DNA from: Eubacteriales bacterium
GTDB taxonomy: Bacteria > Bacillota > Clostridia > Oscillospirales > CAG-272
Assembly: GCA_045650025.1 (NCBI GenBank)
Contig: JAZRQR010000067.1
Location: 1-54,991, forward strand
DNA length: 54,991 bases
Direction: 5' to 3'
Shown here: positions 18,601 to 26,915 of the stretch, piece by piece
Layout of the letters: every line of letters starts with the position of its first letter
Numbering within the stretch: position 1 is the stretch's first letter
Position numbers and translations under genes: made by a program
The notes under the pieces: generated by a model
Database searches by the model: none
Told to the model about the DNA's origin: nothing
The model's input: only the letters and a program-made list of their open reading frames with translations

Positions 18601-19550
18601 GAAATACCGGTGTTGGGATCCGGCTTTTCCATCAGCGCCAGCAGCTGCAGCTGGTTATCCACGGTGGTGCGCAACGCGGGATATTCCACGTCACGGTACT
18701 GCACGTATTGCGCGTACTTAAGGCTATCCTGCTCGTAGCGCGCCCAGGCTTGCTGGTTTTCCAAAAACGCCTGATGCTGGCTTTCATACACGCCAAGCTG
18801 CGACAGATAGTTCTGGTATGCGACGTAATCCTTGTACATGGCGCTCTTTGCCAGGTGCAGGTCGTAGCGGTCGCACTCATTCTCGTACTGCAGCCATTGA
18901 TCGCGATTCTGCTCATACGCCTGCAGCGCAACGCGATAAGCGTCCAATCTGGCTTCAAGAGACGCGTATTCATCGTGCAGAACAAGCGAATTTTGGTATG
19001 CAAAATTGACAAAATCGTTCAGGGTTGCCGCCGTGATCTCCAGCTCTGCCCCGTATTCAATGGTAGCGGTCAGCTCGGCAGACCACTCCAAGTTTTCAAA
19101 AACGGCGCGATACATGCCCTCTCCCAGATCGGAAGCAGGCGCAAAATCGCAGGTCACGTCACCAATCGTCACCGTCATGGGCTGCCACACCACAAACGCA
19201 TCGTGCTTCTTAGGCTTGTACAGATCCTCTGCCACCGTCACGATCAGGCGCTTGTCGCCGCCGTCATATTCATAGTCAAGATCGTTGAGCGAGGGTCTGG
19301 TATAGTACAGCACGTGCTGCCCTTCATAGGCATAGCGGATAAAGTTCTTTTCCTGAGCGGACATCTCAACGCCCTCCACACGGTCCAGCACCTCACCCAT
19401 CTGTTCGGTTGCATTTTTACTTGAACTGCCTCTGAAATCCAGGTCATCGTAGGTATTGGCAGCAATGGGCTCTGTCACTTGCGCAGCAATGGATAGCGAA
19501 GCACCCAGAATAAGTAAACAAGCTGTTAATATAACAACTATCTTTTTCAT
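15630..19550 (-). CDS. Large cell-surface protein with InlB B-repeat (Listeria-Bacteroides repeat)-like domains; candidate pilus-associated adhesin
   Basis: 1306 aa. Signal peptide, Tyr-rich helical region, Pro-rich region, six ~65-80 aa repeats (YTVTW/F...YG..P.....YxYxFxGW...DxxYxAxF), a further divergent repeat, and a C-terminal TM + RRRR. Starts 35 nt after the last pilin gene. Confidence 0.8.
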   Translation of the reverse strand: MKKIVVILTACLLILGASLSIAAQVTEPIAANTYDDLDFRGSSSKNATEQMGEVLDRVEGVEMSAQEKNFIRYAYEGQHVLYYTRPSLNDLDYEYDGGDKRLIVTVAEDLYKPKKHDAFVVWQPMTVTIGDVTCDFAPASDLGEGMYRAVFENLEWSAELTATIEYGAELEITAATLNDFVNFAYQNSLVLHDEYASLEARLDAYRVALQAYEQNRDQWLQYENECDRYDLHLAKSAMYKDYVAYQNYLSQLGVYESQHQAFLENQQAWARYEQDSLKYAQYVQYRDVEYPALRTTVDNQLQLLALMEKPDPNTGISFMDMMIDDRIAGMIEEKRTLVSALVGEGPVDAVVESTQKLQSFCLTYRSLTTDQEKYAFYIQEYNRVKKVPGGTQSDGLVKHLRQLYTNIKTLYENDTIYNELQRSYPEHIATLVRMLGSLYVQRCMFDDTVTFNPNEIVDKRGNQKATALVHQSVRPTSDTNKATPLSAWPKDPETYEITKQPQQPSERLVDGVCPSKPVFEYVSHEDELDPYMEDPGYMAEPTPPAGEKLPHPGAEPSLSWTVTQQELHEAYLEGLICERPTFTENQKTVICASNNVTISLSAAERCYYVHFYNTGDQETYLGHSVGVTYGEAAVIPEQWRSLERAPELAYTYEFIGWLDANGDPLDLSSMTEDVYAYASYRALPRTYTVTWVAGGKTTTEQWEYGTTPVFEGSTDIPTDERYEYVFNGWDKQIGAVVGDVTYTAQYERVDRRYTVTFDMGGGADPIRKEYLYEQSLAEVVAAMAKPYMPPTAQYSYTFVGWKDAAGNLYTENNQLPLLTSDMSFTAVFESRVNSYTVTWMVDGVAVQTTWLYGQTPAYGENASIVPTKEMDERYTYTFAAWDREITPVTGDAEYTAQFEANIRLYRVDFVVEGKTTTLELAYEQLPVFDGEPQKTSDVQYDYTFIGWDREPTPVREDAIYIAEFSKTVRKYPVTFVVGESATTAEFEYGSLPKYPGTTPAKADDANYRYEFAGWDAEVVAVDGSAVTYTATFRAVPIALGADGTMGQLTVGSDGRFELHIAGSQVDLSYVVQKAGEAQAEELRVFLGEAILILPKAQIDAFYLMGNGIGNVILAAEQHEGRAAYRFEMYDGTGVPVAYLVSELTLCLPYNGVHTADVYRLASDGSQSALQVVHKDGYLQVSTMEQATFVLRDKYLITQEPTVNGVFDVIKEAHAGEVVTLMIDPDEGYHVDTVTVTCNGQAIKVEIVDGKYSFVMPAGNVQVNTSFKVVEGGTAIEVIVGVLTALLIVAVGFIIAIVLRRRRSVKV

Positions 19551-19585
19551 CTAATTGGTTCCTCCAACGTTATCTATCAAAAAGG

Positions 19586-20080
19586 TTACGCAGTTCTCAA
19601 ATGCACAACGTGCTTCGTGCCGTTCAGATAATACGTTACCGTATTTGTGTCGATCTCTTCAAAATAAATTTCACCGGAGCAAAGCTCCACGACCTTGCTG
19701 CCGTTTCTATATACAACCTTGCCGTTTTCGTCTTGGTAAATCATCGGCACACTGTCTCCGTTTTCATTCTTCTTACTCAACGTCGGGTAAAGCGCCTCCT
19801 CGGCACCTTCCTTGATTGCCTCTCCATCGGCAACAAGCTCTGCCTGCGTGCTTTGCAAGGTCTTATGTATAAATTCCACCGCGGTCTGCTCGCGCGCGGA
19901 CATGGTGGCAGTGCCACTGACCTGCGCGGACATCTTAGTGCCCGTCAGCACAAAGCCGGTTACGGCAGCCATGACGACACTCAGCACCGCGATCACGGCA
20001 ATGACCTCTACCAAGGTCACGCCCTTATGGTTTTGACTGATTCGGAGGTTACTGATCTCCTGCTTGCGTTTGAACAGCAT
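19586..20080 (-). CDS. Type IV minor pilin (PilW/GspJ-like)
   Basis: Class III signal peptide HKG|VTLVEVIAVIAVLSVV with E5. Confidence 0.85.
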   Translation of the reverse strand: MLFKRKQEISNLRISQNHKGVTLVEVIAVIAVLSVVMAAVTGFVLTGTKMSAQVSGTATMSAREQTAVEFIHKTLQSTQAELVADGEAIKEGAEEALYPTLSKKNENGDSVPMIYQDENGKVVYRNGSKVVELCSGEIYFEEIDTNTVTYYLNGTKHVVHLRTA

Positions 20081-20468
20081 GATAGCTTACCTCCCAACTA
20101 TGAAATTCTTGATTCACCGTATCAATTTCGGCTTTAATCGTAGCGGTATCCGTTCGAATGGTGTATACGTTCCCTTCTTTGGTCACAAAAACCGAATAAG
20201 GGTCTTCTCGATTTACCTTAGTATAATCAGCATTCAGATAAAGCTCAGTTTCGCCTTCTTCAAATTTGATCTTCTCGATACGAATCAACTCCGCAACCGC
20301 GTCGGCGGCATAATAATCCGCAACGCGCTCCTGCTTTTGCAAAGACGCCTGATAGTTTTTCAGGGTCAAGCCCATGGCGGTCATGGACAGCAAGCCGATA
20401 AACATGACGGCAACGATCACGGCGTAAAGCACCTGACCGCGATTATCCTTGAAAAATCTCTTTGTCAC
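20049..20468 (-). CDS. Type IV minor pilin (PilX/GspK-like)
   Basis: DNRG|QVLYAVIVAVMFIGLL lacks E5, as is typical of PilX/GspK. It has the downstream YYAADA motif. GTG start overlaps the previous stop. Confidence 0.75.
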   Translation of the reverse strand: MTKRFFKDNRGQVLYAVIVAVMFIGLLSMTAMGLTLKNYQASLQKQERVADYYAADAVAELIRIEKIKFEEGETELYLNADYTKVNREDPYSVFVTKEGNVYTIRTDTATIKAEIDTVNQEFHSWEVSYHAVQTQAGDQ

Positions 20469-20842
20469 CGTACGATCACCCCTTCCAGAATGGGCTCTGT
20501 ACCCTCACTCGGATCTTCGTCCGCTTCAAAAGTGCCGGCATAAATGGTTACAAAATAATATCCGCCCTTATTTTCACAGAACGCCGTGACGAGATTATCA
20601 TCGCCCGTGATTTTCGTAAATTCGCCCACATCCCCGGAAAGCGTGTGCATTCCGCCCTTCAGCTCCTCCATCAGGTTGGATGCCGCGGTGTAGGTATTGG
20701 TCACCTCGGCGGCTCTGACGTTGCCTCTTTGCGCCATGACAAAGGCAGAAAGGCACGGCGCAACCACGATTGCCAGAATGGCAACGGTCACCAGCACTTC
20801 TATCATTGTCACACCCTTGTGATTTTTCCAAAGCTTTCTCAT
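20465..20842 (-). CDS. Type IV minor pilin (PilV/GspI-like)
   Basis: HKG|VTMIEVLVTVAILAIVV with E5; A..LMEELK motif. Confidence 0.85.
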   Translation of the reverse strand: MRKLWKNHKGVTMIEVLVTVAILAIVVAPCLSAFVMAQRGNVRAAEVTNTYTAASNLMEELKGGMHTLSGDVGEFTKITGDDNLVTAFCENKGGYYFVTIYAGTFEADEDPSEGTEPILEGVIVR

Positions 20843-20868
20843 GCCCTTCTCCTTTCTCTGTTGGTGCG

Positions 20869-23046
20869 TTAACTACGGTAAATTTCCTTAAGCTCGCTCA
20901 AGCTACACTCAAACAATGCAGTCGCATCCTCCAGCGTCACGTACTCAAATTCCTGCTTTTCCAGCATGAATCCGAGGATCTCGCTCTCGGTCTGGTATTC
21001 CTCATGCAAAATCCATGCAAGCTCCATGCCGGAGTAACCGTCAGCCTTGAGCTTATCGCGCACGCCTGCGAGATTCAAGCTTTCCTCGCTCATCCAGCGC
21101 TCCACGTCCTCTGCAGTATACGTGCTCTGCTTACCGCTCTCGGGAGCCTGGGAATCCCCCGTGCCGGTCGTATCCTCCGGCACGTTGGGGGTTTCGCCAC
21201 CCGTGGTGTCCTCAGGATCGGCAGGTTCTTCCTCTTCTGTGGTGTCCTCGGGCAACTGCGTATTATAAATTTGATACAAGGTTGCAATGTCACATTCAAA
21301 CAAGGCTTCCAGCTCGGTAATGCCATACTGCTTGCCCTGGCTGTACTGATCGATAAATCCTTGAATTTCGGACTGCGTCTTGTACTTTTTCTTCAGGATC
21401 CATGCAAGCTCGGTCGCGGGGTAGCCCTCGCTCTTGAGCTGGTCTCTGACCTCTTCCAGCGTCTTGCCCTCCTGCAGCATCTGCTCGATCTGCTCGGGCG
21501 TGTAATCGCTCTGAGGACCGCTGAGCGCGCCATTCACCGTAACGTCACCGAAAATGCCGTCAATACCGGGGATGATCACCTCGTCGATCACGGGAGGTAC
21601 GTATTCCGCGCCCTCCTCCAACAGATAGTAATGCAAGATCACCATCACGCCCTGAATCGACTCGTTTGCAGGATTATACTGCATGGACAGGGTGTAGACC
21701 GATGCGTAGAAATCATCGTTGTCGTTAAAGTATGCAATCAGGTTCTTCAAACCGGGATAGGTTGCATAGTACGGAATGCTGTAGACCTCGTAGCACAGCA
21801 GCATGCCGTTGGAAAGTCTCTTGTGCTGGTAATCCTGACCGTAGTTGACCGTCTGCAGACGAATGCCGGTCTCGGATTCCACCTTCATAATAAACAGAAT
21901 ATCGTCTTCTTCCTTAGACTGACCGGGGAAGCTTTGCAGCTTGGCTTCGGTATCCTGCAGGAAGATATTGTCCTTGGGATTTTCCTTGACGTATGCCGTG
22001 ATCGCCTCCAGCTTGGTATACACGTTGTCTACCTTGGGCGCATCCTCCAAGCGGTTATACATTGCAGCAAACTTACCCTGATTTTCGGTAATGTATGCCT
22101 CCAGCTGATCCAGCTTGGCCTTCAGATCGTCATATTTCTTCTGCAGCTCGTCCTTTTGCTTCTGCTGCTCGGGAATCAAGCCACCCGTTACCACGGTTTC
22201 GGTCACGGTCTGACCGTTTTCGTCCTCGCGGGTCACGGTCGTGGTCGTACCCTTGAGCTCTGCGATCTTTTGCTTAAGATCTGCAACGCCCAGCTCCGCA
22301 ATGCCTGCATCCAGCACCGCGATCGGAGCGTTCAGGGTCTCCAGGCACTGCTTCGCCTGCTCCGGATCACGCACAACCGTGGCAAAATCAGCGGACGTCA
22401 GCCCTACCTCTGCCAGCAGCTGGGAGATCTGCGCATCGTTACGCAACGTCTCCAGCTCCTTTACCGCTGCATTCCCCTCGGATTGCAGGGTTTTCTTGCG
22501 GTTTTCCATGGCGCGCAGCAGCATGTCACTCAGCTCGTCTTCCACCTTCATGCTGGGGAACACGTCGGAAATCAGCAAGCTAAGCTCCATACGCGTTTCA
22601 AGTCTCTGCTCCGACAGCGCCTCGTTTTGCGCCTGCATCGGATAATATACAAGGTACAGCGTACTCAAAAGGAGGATGAGTCCCATGCAAACGAATGCAC
22701 CTGCCATAGCAGCCTGCATCAGCATGCGGACGCTGCGCGTCATCGGGCGCTTGCCCTGCGCGGGGGTAGATGCGGCTTGTGCCGCAGCTTCATTCTCTGC
22801 AGCCGCGCCAAGCTCTGCCTGACGGATTTCTTGATCAGCCGCCCGAGCTTCCAACGCCTCGGTTGCAACCTGCGCCTGTCTTGCCTGCACGACAAGATCT
22901 TCGATCATGTTATCAATGTTCTTGTTGGTGCTTCTGTCCTTACCGCCCCAAGTTTTTTTATTGTAAATGCCGCTCTGCTTTTTCTTGTAATGCGGCTTTT
23001 TCTTTTTGCCGCCCTGCTGAGCGTACGTTCCGTTTTTATTCTTCAC
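20869..23046 (-). CDS. PilO-like alignment protein with a long coiled coil and a duplicated C-terminal domain
   Basis: Directly after pilMN. Single TM, coiled coil, and a PilO-like segment (EDDILFIMKVESETG...YYATYPGLKNLIAYF). Two ~80-aa C-terminal repeats. Confidence 0.65.
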   Translation of the reverse strand: MKNKNGTYAQQGGKKKKPHYKKKQSGIYNKKTWGGKDRSTNKNIDNMIEDLVVQARQAQVATEALEARAADQEIRQAELGAAAENEAAAQAASTPAQGKRPMTRSVRMLMQAAMAGAFVCMGLILLLSTLYLVYYPMQAQNEALSEQRLETRMELSLLISDVFPSMKVEDELSDMLLRAMENRKKTLQSEGNAAVKELETLRNDAQISQLLAEVGLTSADFATVVRDPEQAKQCLETLNAPIAVLDAGIAELGVADLKQKIAELKGTTTTVTREDENGQTVTETVVTGGLIPEQQKQKDELQKKYDDLKAKLDQLEAYITENQGKFAAMYNRLEDAPKVDNVYTKLEAITAYVKENPKDNIFLQDTEAKLQSFPGQSKEEDDILFIMKVESETGIRLQTVNYGQDYQHKRLSNGMLLCYEVYSIPYYATYPGLKNLIAYFNDNDDFYASVYTLSMQYNPANESIQGVMVILHYYLLEEGAEYVPPVIDEVIIPGIDGIFGDVTVNGALSGPQSDYTPEQIEQMLQEGKTLEEVRDQLKSEGYPATELAWILKKKYKTQSEIQGFIDQYSQGKQYGITELEALFECDIATLYQIYNTQLPEDTTEEEEPADPEDTTGGETPNVPEDTTGTGDSQAPESGKQSTYTAEDVERWMSEESLNLAGVRDKLKADGYSGMELAWILHEEYQTESEILGFMLEKQEFEYVTLEDATALFECSLSELKEIYRS

Positions 23047-23062
23047 GTCCTTCCCCCCTTCC

Positions 23063-24973
23063 TTAGTTCTGTTGTCTGAATGCTTCGGTATACTTCAGAG
23101 AGATCGTAAAGCGAACGGTTTGCGTGGGATTAAAGGGTCCCTGCACCTCGTCCTCAAACAAGTTCGAGCCCGAGCCGCCCACGATGGTCAAGCCCGAAAT
23201 GGCAAGGATCTCCACCGTATCAAACTCTCTGAGCTCCTGGATGACGTAGATCGCCTGCTCCTTGCTCTTGACCTCAATGCCCATATTGACGCCCTGGTCG
23301 GTCACCGCAATCGCGGTCACGGTAAAGGTAGAGGGCATTCTCTCCTCCAGCTCTTCCATAAACGACACAAAATTGTCGTTGTTGGTGTTCATGAAGTCCT
23401 CGTCCAGCGTATACATGATCTCCTCATACCAAGCCCAGATGCTCTTGGAGAAATCATCGTATACGGCATATTCCTTGGTGTATACGTGCTCAACGTACAC
23501 AAAATCCTGCTCCAGCTGCACGCAAGCCTCCTGCAGCGCAACGTACATTTCCGCCAGCTGCTCGTGCTCAGCCTTGAGCGACTCGTATACCAGCTTATCC
23601 TGCTCCAGCTGCTCCAGCTTTTGCTTGTAGGACTGCAGCACGTCACGGATCGACTCTGCATTGAGCTTGATATCCTGCTGCTTGGCAACCTCAGACAATA
23701 CCTCGATCTTTTCCCGGTAATCCTGAATGGTGTTTTGCGTGGTGATATTTTCCACGACCACAAAGCCTGCCATCAAAGCAGACGCCGCAAAGCACACGAC
23801 AAAAATGAACAATCCTGCCAGCACCACGAAATTCTGCTTGACGATCGCGGCGCGCTCCAGCCAGCGACGCTTTGCGCAGATGTTCTCCAGCGTCATACCA
23901 AGCACGCGGTCAGTCAGGTTGAGCGGACTCAGGCTCGCGCCGATACAAGGCAGATACAAGCCGTACTCTCTATCCGTATCCTCCGCCGTTGCGCCCATTC
24001 TGTGGGGCTCACGGAAGTCAATATCCAGCTCCTTGAACAGCTGCGACACAAATACGGGCAGCAATACGCCCTGTCCGATCGCCGTGCCGTAGATCTTACC
24101 GTTACCATAGCCTTCTACCGAGTAATAGAACTCAATGATACGGTTGATCGCACTTGCCAGCTCGGACACCTTTGCCGCGGTGACGGCATTGGCTCTCTCG
24201 GCAGCATCGCGGTCCACGTTGGAGGACAGCACGTAGCCCAGCACACCACTTGCGCGGTCTGCGTTTGCCAGCATCAGCGTGTCAAAATGGTCGTCCAGAC
24301 CCACCGAGATGGTGCGCTGCAGTCTCACGGTGCCGTCCTTGATAAAGGTCAGCTGCGTGCCGCCCGAATGCAGGTTGGCAAGCAGATACGTGCTGCCCTC
24401 GGTGTCCCCCTCTTCCATAATGATCTCAGGGTTGACCGCAACTGCCTGCAGCACGCTGTTACCCGAAAAGTCGATTGCCTCAATACCGATCTCCAGCATC
24501 TTGGCAAGCTCGTAGTACGAAGCGATCAGCGGCTTGGGCACGGCACTTGCCTGCACGCGCAGCATCTTGACGCCGTTTTCCACGATCTGCTCCTGAACCG
24601 AGTAGTCCAGCTTGTAGTCGCTGACGTCCACAGGGAAATAATCCTGCGAGTTGGTGTGCAGCATGGTCAGAATCTCGCTGCGCTTGACGTTCGGGATGAC
24701 AATATCACGCGTAATAATGCGATCGGAATTGATGCAGAATACGCCTCTGTCAGTTTTAATGCCCTGCGCACGCATCTGCTCGCGCAGAAGTGCCGCAAAG
24801 CCGGCATCCGCCACCAAAGTACCGTCACTCTCCACGGTTCCCATGGGGGTCAGCACGGAAAAAGACTTAAGCACCGTCACAGTCTTCGCAAGAACACGCA
24901 GCTCCGCGACTTGCGTGACACCGTTATCGATCTGGAACGCCAGAAGGTGCTTAGAGCCAAAGGATACACCCAT
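23063..24973 (-). CDS. pilM: Type IV pilus PilM-PilN fusion protein
   Basis: N-terminal actin-like PilM region (IITRDIVIP...YFPVDVSDYKLDY...AVPKPLIASYYELAKML...IDF), then a TM, coiled coil and PilN-like C-terminus (FMEELEERMPS...KEQAIYVIQELR). Confidence 0.8.
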   Translation of the reverse strand: MGVSFGSKHLLAFQIDNGVTQVAELRVLAKTVTVLKSFSVLTPMGTVESDGTLVADAGFAALLREQMRAQGIKTDRGVFCINSDRIITRDIVIPNVKRSEILTMLHTNSQDYFPVDVSDYKLDYSVQEQIVENGVKMLRVQASAVPKPLIASYYELAKMLEIGIEAIDFSGNSVLQAVAVNPEIIMEEGDTEGSTYLLANLHSGGTQLTFIKDGTVRLQRTISVGLDDHFDTLMLANADRASGVLGYVLSSNVDRDAAERANAVTAAKVSELASAINRIIEFYYSVEGYGNGKIYGTAIGQGVLLPVFVSQLFKELDIDFREPHRMGATAEDTDREYGLYLPCIGASLSPLNLTDRVLGMTLENICAKRRWLERAAIVKQNFVVLAGLFIFVVCFAASALMAGFVVVENITTQNTIQDYREKIEVLSEVAKQQDIKLNAESIRDVLQSYKQKLEQLEQDKLVYESLKAEHEQLAEMYVALQEACVQLEQDFVYVEHVYTKEYAVYDDFSKSIWAWYEEIMYTLDEDFMNTNNDNFVSFMEELEERMPSTFTVTAIAVTDQGVNMGIEVKSKEQAIYVIQELREFDTVEILAISGLTIVGGSGSNLFEDEVQGPFNPTQTVRFTISLKYTEAFRQQN

Positions 24974-25017
24974 TTGAAATACCTCTTTCTTTTCTCAAAG
25001 TTGCGATTTTTTCGCCT

Positions 25018-25668
25018 TTACAGACCAAGCATGGAAAGATACCACGTGATCAATGCATTGCCGAACAGCGCCGAAATCAGCACGCCGACCGACAGGTAGG
25101 GGCCCATTGCAAGCATATGCTTCTCCCCCGATATTTTCATGCGCACGATATGCACCACAGAGCCTATGATGCAACCGAGCACAAATCCAAGCAACGTTAA
25201 TTTCCAACCAAGCAGCATACCGCACGCCGCCATCAGCTTGACGTCACCTCCGCCGATCGCCGTTCCCTTGGAAAGATAGAACAGCCCAAGCAGCGGCAGG
25301 CTGATTGCGAAAAAGCCGATCACGTGATCATACCAATGCGCCAAGTCGAAGCACAGCGCCAAAACGCCGAGTGCAAAGATAAACACGTTATAGGAAAACG
25401 GAATTTCGTACGTTTTCCAGTCGATCAAGGACAGCGACGCCAATGCGCACACGGCAAGGCTGAGCAATGCCGCTCCTGCGCCCCAGCCCACGACGGCGAA
25501 TACCGCCGCCCACAAAAGCGCCATAACCACGATAAACACAGCGCTCCCCTTGACCGAAAGCTTTTGTTTTTCCAGTTTTATCAAATAGCGGTTGATGATC
25601 GGAACGCAAGCCGCGCCCGCACCAGCGCCGCATACGGCGGCACCGCCGATTACCAAAGCAGGATGCAT
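25018..25668 (-). CDS. pilD: Prepilin peptidase (A24), peptidase-only form
   Basis: Catalytic motifs LIDWKTYEIP and GGGDVKL, plus MGPYL. No N-terminal CxxC/CxxC domain. Confidence 0.9.
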   Translation of the reverse strand: MHPALVIGGAAVCGAGAGAACVPIINRYLIKLEKQKLSVKGSAVFIVVMALLWAAVFAVVGWGAGAALLSLAVCALASLSLIDWKTYEIPFSYNVFIFALGVLALCFDLAHWYDHVIGFFAISLPLLGLFYLSKGTAIGGGDVKLMAACGMLLGWKLTLLGFVLGCIIGSVVHIVRMKISGEKHMLAMGPYLSVGVLISALFGNALITWYLSMLGL

Positions 25669-25677
25669 AAGGACTCC

Positions 25678-26898
25678 TTATAAGTATTGGTCGTACATGC
25701 TGTACATCTGGAACATGGGCAGCATAACGCCGATCGCCACCACGCCTACCACGCCGCAAAGCGCGATAATGATCATGGGCTCCAGCAGCGCCATCATATT
25801 CTTGGTGGCGTTGTCCACCTCTTCCTCGTAATATTCCGAAAGCTTATCCAGCATTTTTTCAATATCGCCCGATTCTTCCCCGATGCGCACCATCTGGTAC
25901 ACCATGTTCGGGAACAATCCGCCCTGCTGCAGGGCATCCGCCAGCGTTGTACCCACGGCGACCTGCTCACGCGCGCGCATCAGCTCGTCCTTAAAATACA
26001 CGTTGGTCATGCTGCGCGAAACGATCTCCAGCGCCTCGATGATGGGCAGACCCGATGCAATCAGCGTGGCAAACGTACGCGCAAACTGCGCAGACGCGGT
26101 TTTGACGGTCAACGGACCGAACACAGGCACCTTGCGCGCGATCCACGCAAAGAAATACGTGCCCTTTTTGGTGCGTGAAAAGCCCCACGTGCCCAGCGCC
26201 ACCAGACCGCCGACCAGAATGATCAGCCACCAGTACGCCACGAAGAAATCACTCGTTCCCATGATCGCACGCGTGATCCAGGGCAGCTCCGCGCCCATAT
26301 CCTGGAAAATGGTATTGAATCTGGGCAGAACAAACAGCATCATCGCAAACATCACGATGATGACCACCACCAAGACCACCGCAGGGTAGATCATGGCTTT
26401 TTTCAGCGCAGCCTGGGTCTTGTTGGCGTTTTCATAATAGTCCGCCATACGGGAAAACGACACCGAAAGGTTACCCGATGCCTCACCTGCCGCAACCATG
26501 TTGACAAACATGGGGGCAAAGATGCGCTTGCCCTGCTTGCGCATCGCGTCCGCCAGGGTCTCGCCCTGCTGGATCTCCTTTTGCGTCTGGAAGATGGCAT
26601 TGCGCAGCGTCTTATTCTCGGTTTGCTGTCCCAGCATATTCAACGCCTCGGCAACCGGCACGCCCGCATCGATCACGCTGACAAACTGATGGCAGAACAC
26701 GCTCAGATCTCTTGCCTTGACGCTCTCGAAGATCGGGATATTGATGTCCTTGGTCAAAAGGCTCTGCTCCTTGAGCTCAATGGGCGTCAAGCCCTCGTTG
26801 AGCAGCTGCTGCCTTGCCTGCTGCAGATCGTTTGCCGTGACGCTGCCCTTCTTTTTGCTGCCGTTTCGCGAAACGGCTTGATATCCGTAAGTTGGCAT
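25678..26898 (-). CDS. pilC: Type IV pilus platform protein PilC (T2SS F family)
   Basis: Two GspF repeats (AGEASGNL; IGEESGDIEKML), KKAMIYP, LLEP. Confidence 0.95.
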   Translation of the reverse strand: MPTYGYQAVSRNGSKKKGSVTANDLQQARQQLLNEGLTPIELKEQSLLTKDINIPIFESVKARDLSVFCHQFVSVIDAGVPVAEALNMLGQQTENKTLRNAIFQTQKEIQQGETLADAMRKQGKRIFAPMFVNMVAAGEASGNLSVSFSRMADYYENANKTQAALKKAMIYPAVVLVVVIIVMFAMMLFVLPRFNTIFQDMGAELPWITRAIMGTSDFFVAYWWLIILVGGLVALGTWGFSRTKKGTYFFAWIARKVPVFGPLTVKTASAQFARTFATLIASGLPIIEALEIVSRSMTNVYFKDELMRAREQVAVGTTLADALQQGGLFPNMVYQMVRIGEESGDIEKMLDKLSEYYEEEVDNATKNMMALLEPMIIIALCGVVGVVAIGVMLPMFQMYSMYDQYL

Positions 26899-26915
26899 GA
26901 ATTACTCCTTATGTA

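Noticed and set aside
23063-24973. PilM-PilN fusion as a novelty
   Set aside because: PilMN fusions are already known in clostridial type IV pilus loci such as Clostridioides difficile.
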